Source: a phage | Length of the DNA: 64,000 nt | Direction: 5' to 3' (one strand) | Assembly: GCA_012401045.1 (NCBI GenBank) | Contig: GCA_012401045.1_4704.1 | Shown here: positions 1 through 8,135 of the stretch, piece by piece | How positions within the stretch are numbered: the stretch's first letter is position 1 | Layout: every line of letters begins with the position of its first letter | Notes under the pieces: generated by a model | Database searches by the model: none | What the model was told of the DNA's origin: nothing | What the model saw: only the letters and a program-made list of their open reading frames with translations | Position numbers and translations under genes: made by a program

Positions 1-1674
1 GTAACGCATTGCCCAGCCGGTTTGTTCCCAGCTACCAGACAGAACACGATCGATGATTTCGTGACGAGCGACAACACGCTGAGACATCGTCATATCGGTA
101 CGGTCGAAGCTGTCTTCCCAAGCTTCTACGGTATCCGGGTTAGTGATGTTCATCATGTACAGATCGTCCATATCACGAATATCGTGACGGTGACCATCCT
201 GGTGGTTGTAGTGACCCAGCGGGATACGGTTACCGGTAGCGTAGACCAGCGGTTGGCCGTATTGATATTTCTTGCTGAAGCAACCCAGGGTAACATCATC
301 GAACGCACGGAAGAGGGCTTTGTAACCTTCGGAGATTTCACGGACTTCACCTTCAACTTTGCCCGTATAGATCTTCTCAGCCGCCGGGATCATACGCAGC
401 AGCCAGCTGTACTCACCTTCTTCCGGTACGTCGATAGAAATCAGCAGAGACGGATACAGTACCTGTTGCAGGAACTTGTAAATCTGCTCGTTGGTTTGAG
501 TAGACAGATCCAGCGGTGCGGTAACTTCCGGATCCAGTACCATCGCCAGAGCACCCGGGTTATGCGGACCAATACCACGGGCAGCGTTGCTGATTAAAGA
601 CTGTGCCCACGCCATACCGCTGTTCAGCGTAGCGATGGTGCCAATCAGACCCAACACGAAAGTGTTCGGTGTGAACGCATCCAGCTCCAGCGGGTAAGCG
701 CTGGTCATCACGTAACGCGGCTGGTATTGTACAGTCGGCGGTACCGGATAACCGTTAACCAGAACAGGGCCTTGGTTGAAGGTCGGGTTCTGCGGGCTGT
801 AAGTCAGGTCAATGTAACCGGTGGTGGCGACCAGACGCTGTTGACTATCGTAATCGCTCATCGCTTGACGGATGCGGTTAGAGATAGTTACAGTGATGTC
901 AGAACGCACAGGGTTACCAACAATATCGCTGTCCTGCATACCGCTGGTGTTGTACTGAACGCTGCTGATTGGCTGATCGCTTGCCATCATGCCCAGGTTG
1001 AACTGCGGCAGACCCAGTTTATCACCGAGACGGATTTCGATCGCGGTTTGGATTGCGTTATCTGCAGCAGACAGCAGGGTGGTTGCCAGATGCGCAGATT
1101 CAGCGGTGATTTCATTGGTCACCACAGCCAGACCAGCGATACGAACAGTACCGTTAGACTTACCGCCAATAGCTGAGTACATTGCCGCCATGACTTCGTT
1201 GATGAACGTACCGTTCAGGTTATCAACCCAGGTACGCGGTACCAGAATGTTACCATGCGGACCTTGTTCTTCACGACGCGGCAGCGGAGCCAGACCAGCA
1301 ACCAGCGGAAGCACATAACCAAAGAAGTGGTTATGGTCACCAACTTTTGCACCACTCATAACGACCAGGGTCGGATACGGTACGCTGTACTGGTTCGGGT
1401 CAACCGCAACAAAGATGAAGTCGTTTTTGAACTGGGTATCTTCCAGATATTTCTCCATCAGACGACGGAGATTCAGTACCTGCTCGGAGCCAGTATTACG
1501 GCTAATACGACGGCTCAGTGTACGGTTGATCGTACGCATCGTATGAGTTACTTTAGGCTGGCCAGCAAAATCTGCAGCGGTTTCCAGCGCCTCATCAGCA
1601 CGTTGTGCGGTGCGGGTTTCAGCTGCACGAATTTCTACATTATCGTTACCGTTATTACGTACGTCTAAGCCCAT
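1..1674 (-). CDS. chmA: Candidate chimallin (phage-nucleus shell protein), N-terminal 558 aa; the C-terminus runs off the window start
   Basis: The minus-strand frame is open from ATG 1674..1672 (SD AGAGGAA 7 nt upstream) to base 1. It is missing from the ORF track because no stop lies in the window. It starts MGLDVRNNGNDNVEIRAAETRTAQRADEALE. Codon bias is extreme (CGT, CTG, GGT, ACC, AAC). A TATATTACC promoter lies upstream and phuZ is ~8 kb away. Identity is inferred from size, expression signals and context, not from a motif. Confidence 0.6.
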   Translation of the reverse strand, partial: MGLDVRNNGNDNVEIRAAETRTAQRADEALETAADFAGQPKVTHTMRTINRTLSRRISRNTGSEQVLNLRRLMEKYLEDTQFKNDFIFVAVDPNQYSVPYPTLVVMSGAKVGDHNHFFGYVLPLVAGLAPLPRREEQGPHGNILVPRTWVDNLNGTFINEVMAAMYSAIGGKSNGTVRIAGLAVVTNEITAESAHLATTLLSAADNAIQTAIEIRLGDKLGLPQFNLGMMASDQPISSVQYNTSGMQDSDIVGNPVRSDITVTISNRIRQAMSDYDSQQRLVATTGYIDLTYSPQNPTFNQGPVLVNGYPVPPTVQYQPRYVMTSAYPLELDAFTPNTFVLGLIGTIATLNSGMAWAQSLISNAARGIGPHNPGALAMVLDPEVTAPLDLSTQTNEQIYKFLQQVLYPSLLISIDVPEEGEYSWLLRMIPAAEKIYTGKVEGEVREISEGYKALFRAFDDVTLGCFSKKYQYGQPLVYATGNRIPLGHYNHQDGHRHDIRDMDDLYMMNITNPDTVEAWEDSFDRTDMTMSQRVVARHEIIDRVLSGSWEQTGWAMRY

Positions 1675-1741
1675 TTGGGATTCCTCTTTTCTTAAACTTT
1701 ATTAAATGACGTCATTGAATCAGCTTCTACTCGCTCATTCA

Positions 1742-1777
1742 CCTAGGTAATATAACCCTGAAATTTTTTTCAATATT
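1742..1777 (-). promoter_or_regulatory. Early-type promoter, copy 1
   Basis: The minus strand reads AATATTGAAAAAAATTTCAGGGTTATATTACCTAGG. The core TATATTACC (1754..1746) is 72 nt upstream of ATG 1674. It aligns position-for-position with the copies at 30706..30741 and 53410..53445. Confidence 0.7.
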
Positions 1778-1928
1778 GGTGTAACCACATTGAACGATAT
1801 AAACCCCTAGGCGAACGCTGCCGAGAAGCAACATTCTTTCTACATATAATCAGGATATGTCTGTAAACTTTTACTTCTCTTATTGAGAGTAAAGTCATAT
1901 CCGTTTACTACCTTCTTACGGAGTTCGT

Positions 1929-3023
1929 ATGTTTCGTGTTTTAAATAACCTCCCGCGAACATCATCGGGTGTGCAGCCCGTCCCTCAGAAAGACTATCTA
2001 ATACGCGAAGTTCAAAGAAACCTACAGACAATCCAGAACCACTATCAAGGTTTTACCTTCGCGGTTCAGAGCGATCACATCCTTGCGTTACTGCTCGCAC
2101 AGCTCCCTATGAGATACGACATCTCAGTACAAACTTACTACGATATGATTCTCGATCTTACTCCAGAATTGGGTAATCGTGTTAAGTTGACAACATCAAG
2201 ATACGCGGGTAAGTTATTCGACGGTGCTTTCTATCCGGGATTGCACGAAGCTATTATCGCAACCGGTGAAAGTCGTCTTATTTCACGTGACGTTCTTGAC
2301 AACTGGCGTAATTGGTCGCCGGTTAGAATCGTGACACACCCATACGCAAATCTTCGTTACATTCCTCTTCACCGAAAGCAGGTTGAAGAAGGACGAGGTT
2401 TTGCGGTCATTATGGTTGATGTACCTTTATTAGCACTACAGTATCGAATGTGGTCTTTGGTCATGGGTCATAACGTCGACGGTAAATGGGTGGTTAAAGA
2501 ACCGGTTACAAGCTTCCTTGCGAGTTTTCCGTTGGTCAACGCATTATATTCACACAACGATGTTGTTATACGCAATCGTTGTTTGTGGGTATCTCCGGCT
2601 AAGAATCCACTCAAATCACCAATTTACGTTAACGACCTTGATAACGTATTCAGCCAAGTCGTTCTGTCCGTACAGCATCATTTATTACGAAGAAGACGAA
2701 GCTACACCGATATGCTTAAACAGATACCGAGTTTATACGGGGATCAGTACCAAGCAACCCGAATGGGTTACACCGTCGATCTTCGACAAACCCGATGGGC
2801 AAGGGATCTGGGCTGTCTGTCGTTATGGCAACAACTCGTCACACTACAAAACGTATCTGAAAGCGTCGGGTTCAGCAGCCAGATCGATAACGACCTGTAC
2901 CGTGCTGCCGACCGTAGTCTAAAAGAAGGTAACTGGGAGTCCTCTCCGTTACCTGGCGATTTAAGACGTGAAGTTATCGCACAGGTTGCCGACCTCTTAA
3001 AAATTCTTCCCGCTGGTGCATAA
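1929..3023 (+). CDS. Hypothetical protein (364 aa)
   Basis: Long ORF with SD GGAG 6 nt before the ATG. No motif recognised. Confidence 0.75.
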   Translation: MFRVLNNLPRTSSGVQPVPQKDYLIREVQRNLQTIQNHYQGFTFAVQSDHILALLLAQLPMRYDISVQTYYDMILDLTPELGNRVKLTTSRYAGKLFDGAFYPGLHEAIIATGESRLISRDVLDNWRNWSPVRIVTHPYANLRYIPLHRKQVEEGRGFAVIMVDVPLLALQYRMWSLVMGHNVDGKWVVKEPVTSFLASFPLVNALYSHNDVVIRNRCLWVSPAKNPLKSPIYVNDLDNVFSQVVLSVQHHLLRRRRSYTDMLKQIPSLYGDQYQATRMGYTVDLRQTRWARDLGCLSLWQQLVTLQNVSESVGFSSQIDNDLYRAADRSLKEGNWESSPLPGDLRREVIAQVADLLKILPAGA

Positions 3024-3042
3024 TAACCTCCCTCCTCCCTTG

Positions 3043-3074
3043 CATCCTCCCAACCCGTAAGGGAAGGGAGGATG
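3043..3074. terminator. Stem-loop between convergent genes (bidirectional terminator candidate)
   Basis: CATCCTCCC (3043..3051) pairs with GGGAGGATG (3066..3074), embedded in a longer C-rich/G-rich inverted repeat. Confidence 0.6.
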
Positions 3075-3089
3075 GGGTGGTGGGTTATG

Positions 3090-5243
3090 TTACTCTGCGG
3101 TTTCTTGCTTCGGTAAATAACTTGCTGCGATGTCTTGGGCTAACAATGTATTGTTTTTATTCGAGATGAAAATACCATAACTTTCCATTAACGCGTAATA
3201 CGAACGCACGAGCGTAGAGATCAATCGACGAATATCCATACCTTGAATAAAGATATCAGGAAGCCCGGAGGCTTCGATCACCGGTAATGGTATCGTTAAG
3301 TTGCTTATCGTTTTCTTATCGTTACGTACAATCCAATCACGGAAACGTTGTTGTAACCCTTTATCCTCCCAGGAATCAATCCAATCGTTAAGAAGCGTTT
3401 TGTTCTTCGTCGCCAACGGCACACGAACCCCAACATAGGGTGGTTCAGGGCAATGGCCGTACGATTGAGCAAACACCTCTTCCCACATATCGTAAGACTG
3501 TTTCGTTACTGCAACATGCGGTTTCACTTTAACACGCGTTAAGAAATCAGGATCACCACGTTTCATAGACTCAACGATTTCGTTTTCTAACGAGATAATA
3601 TCGTCAAGAACCAATCGAATGCTGATCTTCTCGTTACGTAACAGCTTATCCATGATACCACACATCATGCGTTCAACACGTTTGACGATCATTTTTGGTG
3701 CTGACGCATCACGCATAACCGGACCTTTCAATTCCAGCTTCGGTGGATTGATAGGAACCCCCTCACGCATGGTCATGTAACCGTAATAGTTTTTACCCAT
3801 CGAGGTTAACGACAGAATCAAGAACATATATTCGTTCTTCATTTCCATCACGTACATATGCTCTTTCGCCACACCGATATTACCAGAACACATCGCCATC
3901 AGATGAACCGTAATCTGCGTAACCAGATAGATAAGCGTGTTTGCTAAGCGCGTCGAAACTGGATTGATCTCCATATTTCCAAATCGCCACTGAACCCACT
4001 CCTGGCAGGTAAACACCGTCGAGTCGGTATCAGACAACACACCCACTTCACGGATTGCTGATGGGAAAGCATAAACACCAGCCGGTTGGTTCTCGGTACG
4101 CCAGAACGCCATAATCAAATCAGCATAGCTTTGAATACGCTGTAGCATTAATTTTGTCGTTGCTGCAGTAAGACGATAACCAAGCTCATTTCCTTTTTCT
4201 AGCGCTACGTAAATCGCTTCCCCATTCAAGAACTCCGTACATTGTGCTGTAATCCAAGCGACCGTGTTGTTATCCATGGAAGCAATAATGGCTTTAGCCT
4301 CTTCCATCGTTTCAACAGGTTCGGATGCCAGCTCGCATAACGAATCAAGAAAATCTCGAACAAATTCAGGATTAAGCTCACGTAACGAGTACAGGTTATT
4401 GCTGTACATGTAGCAGGCACGTTCCAACGGTGTTAAACCAGTAATTAACTCCCGGATAGTCAGTTCTTTCTCTGGGTCGAAAGTATATCGATGCAAGCAT
4501 TTCGATACGTTAGCCCAAACCTCTTCCGGCGTAGGGTAATGTAGTTTGTATTTTACCATTACCTGTTCAATGGCTTTACGATCGCTGTTGCGGACAATAC
4601 TCACGATGTTTTCAATTGCGATATCACAATCGTAATAATGGAAATTGCCCGCAAGGAAGCGTTCGTTGTTCGCATTGGCTGAACCTGAAGCACAGCGACA
4701 CGTTGTCGTTAAACTTGGATGCGCAATTGGATTATAAAAAGGGTTAAACTTGGACGCCTGGGTTCCTGACAAACTGTTGTTATCTAACTTGGTGTTGGTT
4801 TGTCGTTTATCGTGTAACTCAGCTTCATCTTTACGTCCGTGTGCTTGCGCTATCGACATTTGTTTCTTTTGTTTCTTACGCAACTTACCGTTTTCAACCG
4901 CAAAGTCGCTTAGCACACTGGAACGTGTTTCACGTGGATAACAGTTAGCCCACACCGGCGTGATAATTAAATTATTTTCTTTAATATCATTGAAGTATTG
5001 GCTGAACTTGATGACTTCTTTTTCTCGATTTCCTTCGGTGCGCTGTGTTAATACAAGGCAGTCGGGATCAACCATCCCGTATTTTCCACCAGGACGAACC
5101 GTATCAAGGACAAACTGCAACGCTTCCTGCTGTGATATCCCACGCATGCGCATTAAGAACAGGGTATAATCCTGTACCGCTTCTTTGGTCATATCCAACG
5201 TACGGCCATATCCGTTTTCATCGTAAAAGAACGGATTTTCCAT
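3090..5243 (-). CDS. Large conserved-looking protein with PolB-like palm motifs (possible divergent family-B DNA polymerase catalytic fragment lacking an exonuclease domain)
   Basis: 717 aa with SD GGAGG before the ATG. GVLSDTDSTVF (DTDS at 4031..4020) resembles PolB motif C (YGDTDS). GKNYYGYMTMREG lies 78 aa later and resembles the KKRYA (KxY) motif at PolB-like spacing. Motifs A and B are not convincingly found. Confidence 0.4.
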   Translation of the reverse strand: MENPFFYDENGYGRTLDMTKEAVQDYTLFLMRMRGISQQEALQFVLDTVRPGGKYGMVDPDCLVLTQRTEGNREKEVIKFSQYFNDIKENNLIITPVWANCYPRETRSSVLSDFAVENGKLRKKQKKQMSIAQAHGRKDEAELHDKRQTNTKLDNNSLSGTQASKFNPFYNPIAHPSLTTTCRCASGSANANNERFLAGNFHYYDCDIAIENIVSIVRNSDRKAIEQVMVKYKLHYPTPEEVWANVSKCLHRYTFDPEKELTIRELITGLTPLERACYMYSNNLYSLRELNPEFVRDFLDSLCELASEPVETMEEAKAIIASMDNNTVAWITAQCTEFLNGEAIYVALEKGNELGYRLTAATTKLMLQRIQSYADLIMAFWRTENQPAGVYAFPSAIREVGVLSDTDSTVFTCQEWVQWRFGNMEINPVSTRLANTLIYLVTQITVHLMAMCSGNIGVAKEHMYVMEMKNEYMFLILSLTSMGKNYYGYMTMREGVPINPPKLELKGPVMRDASAPKMIVKRVERMMCGIMDKLLRNEKISIRLVLDDIISLENEIVESMKRGDPDFLTRVKVKPHVAVTKQSYDMWEEVFAQSYGHCPEPPYVGVRVPLATKNKTLLNDWIDSWEDKGLQQRFRDWIVRNDKKTISNLTIPLPVIEASGLPDIFIQGMDIRRLISTLVRSYYALMESYGIFISNKNNTLLAQDIAASYLPKQETAE

Positions 5244-5308
5244 AAATCCTCCAAAAGTTATTTAGTCTGTCTACATCATCTCGTATATCTGTTAAAAAAG
5301 AAGGACGG

Positions 5309-5346
5309 CATAAAAAAGAACCGATCCAGCCGAAGCCAGATCGGTT
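5309..5346 (-). terminator. Rho-independent terminator with UUCG loop, followed by TTTTTTATGCCGT
   Basis: AACCGATC (5319..5326) pairs with GATCGGTT (5339..5346). On the minus strand the hairpin is followed by CTTTTTTATGCCGT (TATG at 5312..5309). Confidence 0.75.
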
Positions 5347-5541
5347 AAAAAGGATAATAACTGACAGAAAGATATCGATGATGTTCGTGAAACAAGATCT
5401 TCTCTCGTGTACAATGATGCTAGATCAGAGGGAGGTTGTAACACGAGAGGTGGTCCGCCAAAGAAGGAATAAAAACACGAACCTATCTTATTTCACTGAT
5501 GGCACTAACCACTCAAAATATATAGTACCGTATGTAAAAGT

Positions 5542-5955
5542 TTACTGATTAATCAAGTCGTTAGCAACAATCTTGGTGTAACCTGCCTGATTAAGAATTT
5601 GATTAATTTTCGTCACGTCGGTCGCATCCTCAATAACGATGCTGGGTTTATAGATCAGCGTCTTGGTAACGACGATTGTACTCTCCTTAATCCAAGGAAT
5701 CCCTAGAATCACATACTCACCATCGGCTGTAATGACCTCGACGTAATTGTATTTCGTCGGATCGTTCGGTACACTAGACGGGAGCCGGGAATAAATCTGT
5801 TGGTGAATGGCGTCTACATCACGGCCGTTACGCACAGCCGTACGATAGTTGTACACGGCACTAATTTCTACTCCGTTGAAGTTAACCCCAAGTTCTGGGG
5901 CGTACACATCAAAACTCACAACAGAGCCAATCTTTTCTAAATCAGAAGCTGGCAT
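5542..5955 (-). CDS. Hypothetical protein (137 aa)
   Basis: Clean ORF with protein-like composition, followed by a long 3' UTR and a terminator. Confidence 0.7.
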   Translation of the reverse strand: MPASDLEKIGSVVSFDVYAPELGVNFNGVEISAVYNYRTAVRNGRDVDAIHQQIYSRLPSSVPNDPTKYNYVEVITADGEYVILGIPWIKESTIVVTKTLIYKPSIVIEDATDVTKINQILNQAGYTKIVANDLINQ

Positions 5956-5966
5956 AATAGCATCCT

Positions 5967-6365
5967 TTATTTAAAAATGTATTCATATCCGAAAGTCGTC
6001 GCTGACCAGACCCGGATAGATGATAGTGTTCCGCCACGATAAAACGTTTTTGTGAATTCCATATCCTGGACAACACGATAATAAACACGTCCGATAATAC
6101 GCACGATAAGGTTTCGTGATAACGATCTCTCCTCGCAGTATTCATCGATAAAGTCATCGTCGATATCCGATAAGACAACATCCGCAATTTCTTGCAGTAG
6201 ATTCCTCATCAGCATCTGCCTTCCTTCGGTACCCCACCCAGACAAACAGTAATCGTCTTCTGCCTGACTATAGATGTCGTTAACCGCCTGTTCGAGCAGT
6301 TGCTCAAGATAGTAGTCATCGCGTTTTATAACGTGGCGACGGCGCTCAGTGGCGTATTTTTCCAT
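5967..6365 (-). CDS. Hypothetical protein (start chosen at internal ATG, 132 aa)
   Basis: The track ORF is 5967..6488. Its N-terminal 41 aa overlap the upstream gene and look non-protein-like. MEKYATERRR starts at 6365. Confidence 0.55.
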   Translation of the reverse strand: MEKYATERRRHVIKRDDYYLEQLLEQAVNDIYSQAEDDYCLSGWGTEGRQMLMRNLLQEIADVVLSDIDDDFIDEYCEERSLSRNLIVRIIGRVYYRVVQDMEFTKTFYRGGTLSSIRVWSATTFGYEYIFK

Positions 6366-6814
6366 CCTGTGTTTCTCTTGTTCGGCGTATGTATTAACGA
6401 CGCCACAGTCTTTTCTGGATCGTCCCACAATGCACGACGAAAACTGGATACTACCATAACGGTAGGATAGATTTGTACAACCTCCCATCCGTAACGATGT
6501 GCGTTAGTCGTACGTCCGACATTGAACAGACATAGCTGATTTAAGAAACAGAGCTGCATCTTCGTAAACAACACCATGTCTTCACGTTTAACGTATCCGA
6601 GGATATATGCATTCTCGAACGCCTCGCGTGACAAGACGGGACGATTAAGATACCGTAACGCTAATACCAACAACGTTGTTATGCGCAACGGATCTTCTGG
6701 GTCATTCATGGTGCTCAGCTCTGCTTGTAACCAGTCAGGGATAGTAACCGTCAGACGATAGGTATCTGTTCCACGATCAACCACATTCAATGTTGAAAAA
6801 GGCAACATATCCAT
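6326..6814 (-). CDS. Hypothetical protein (162 aa)
   Basis: ATG 6814 is preceded by AGAAGGAAT (SD). It overlaps the upstream gene by 38 nt. Confidence 0.65.
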   Translation of the reverse strand: MDMLPFSTLNVVDRGTDTYRLTVTIPDWLQAELSTMNDPEDPLRITTLLVLALRYLNRPVLSREAFENAYILGYVKREDMVLFTKMQLCFLNQLCLFNVGRTTNAHRYGWEVVQIYPTVMVVSSFRRALWDDPEKTVASLIHTPNKRNTGWKNTPLSAVATL

Positions 6815-7271
6815 GAATTCCTTCTAGCTCGAGGTTGTTCTCGCCGGTCTTCGGTAATAACCCACTGGCCGTTAACATCTGTGTCATCGAGTAGTCAAAG
6901 CACGGGAATATCAGGTTAACGGTTTCCTGGATCGCGTCAACATAACTATAAATGGCTTCATAATACTCACCGTCATGATCTACGCTAACCAGTTCCTGAC
7001 ACAGTTCTTCGCTTATCATTTCATATACCGGCGGATACCACGATTGAAATGGTCGCTGCATACGTAACGACCAATACTCGTACGTCGTATACTGAAGCAC
7101 GTCGTAAGCCGATACGTTAATGCGGTCGAAGAAAGCATACTTGTCCATATGCTGATACAACATCGCCAGCACGGTTTCCAAGCACACCGATATCCGCACG
7201 CCGTCATCTTTCCCGTTAAGAAAATTAGGTTTCTGCCGATAACGCACAAATGCCGACGGCTTTGATTGCAT
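6777..7271 (-). CDS. Hypothetical protein (164 aa; start at internal ATG)
   Basis: MQSKPSAF starts at 7271 in a TAATG stop/start overlap with the upstream gene. The track's longer N-terminus overlaps that gene. Confidence 0.65.
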   Translation of the reverse strand: MQSKPSAFVRYRQKPNFLNGKDDGVRISVCLETVLAMLYQHMDKYAFFDRINVSAYDVLQYTTYEYWSLRMQRPFQSWYPPVYEMISEELCQELVSVDHDGEYYEAIYSYVDAIQETVNLIFPCFDYSMTQMLTASGLLPKTGENNLELEGIHGYVAFFNIECG

Positions 7272-7756
7272 TATTCCACCACCAACCATAACGTCATACT
7301 CGTATCTAACGTAAAATTGAAATGCCACCAATCTTCTACACGTGGAATCCACGTACGAAGGATTTGGTTAACTTCGCTTCGCATCACCGATAAACGACAA
7401 CGAAAATCGAACTTCTCATCGTGGCCGTAGTCTTCATGCATGAAAACTTCATCCAAAACGAACTCAAGTTGCATGTCGACATCACGGCCAGAGATATTCC
7501 GTTTGTACAGATACAGTTCAATCGTGTCGTAAAGCAACGTGTGAATATCATAATTTCCGTTCGGTGAGAAATAAGGTAATCGCTCATCGAGCATCGTAAA
7601 CAGATATTCGCTGTAGTTTAATAACGGGATGATGTACCGACGCCCTGTCTGTGGTGTGCGAATATGTATCGAAACCTGACTTGGGCGCGGAATAACCGAC
7701 GGCTTAGAATCGTCTCTCTGAAATTGCTCTAAAGATCGCAACAAAGGTGGCCGCAT
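7271..7756 (-). CDS. Hypothetical protein (161 aa; start at internal ATG)
   Basis: The N-terminal part of track ORF 7271..7954 overlaps better-looking coding sequence in another frame. ATG 7756 has GGAGAG 7 nt upstream. Confidence 0.5.
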   Translation of the reverse strand: MRPPLLRSLEQFQRDDSKPSVIPRPSQVSIHIRTPQTGRRYIIPLLNYSEYLFTMLDERLPYFSPNGNYDIHTLLYDTIELYLYKRNISGRDVDMQLEFVLDEVFMHEDYGHDEKFDFRCRLSVMRSEVNQILRTWIPRVEDWWHFNFTLDTSMTLWLVVE

Positions 7757-8135
7757 TGTAACTCTCCAACGCCCAATTGTAAGGCCCTTCCAACATGTGT
7801 TCCCATACGTGAATAAACTCACTACCGAAGACAGGCTCCAGCGCCATGGTGAGATTCGTAAGTTCTGACGCAGCCGCATGGTAAGCATCAACATGTCTTT
7901 CCATTGACGGATCGTCTTCATTGAAAATACGTTCTGTGTCGCCAGCCCGCTCAATAAGTTCGGTAATGAGATCTGTCCATGTCTCGTGACACGTCATCAT
8001 TTCCTGTTCTCGACTTAGTATGCCGATGTCTGCGTGGACGCTGGACTCGAACCGGTCTAAAAGGACCCGAAGAACGTGCACCTTGTCGATGTATTTCACC
8101 GTTATCCAGGAAAGCGGTTGCCACCGACTCAGCAT
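7704..8135 (-). CDS. Hypothetical acidic helical protein (start uncertain: ATG 8135 or GTG 8099)
   Basis: The C-terminal ~140 aa of track ORF 7704..8333 look like genuine protein (ITVKYIDKVHVLRVLLDRFESS...). The upstream 66 aa overlap the good part of 7951..8928. Confidence 0.5.
   Translation of the reverse strand: MLSRWQPLSWITVKYIDKVHVLRVLLDRFESSVHADIGILSREQEMMTCHETWTDLITELIERAGDTERIFNEDDPSMERHVDAYHAAASELTNLTMALEPVFGSEFIHVWEHMLEGPYNWALESYNAATFVAIFRAISERRF

Noticed and set aside
22-1668. Four plus-strand track ORFs (22..597, 727..1176, 989..1318, 1255..1668), plus the short minus-strand ORF 153..356
   Set aside because: All are antisense to, or out-of-frame shadows of, the 558-codon minus-strand ORF. 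Their compositions are odd (V/T/R/H-rich), they overlap each other and they lack SDs.
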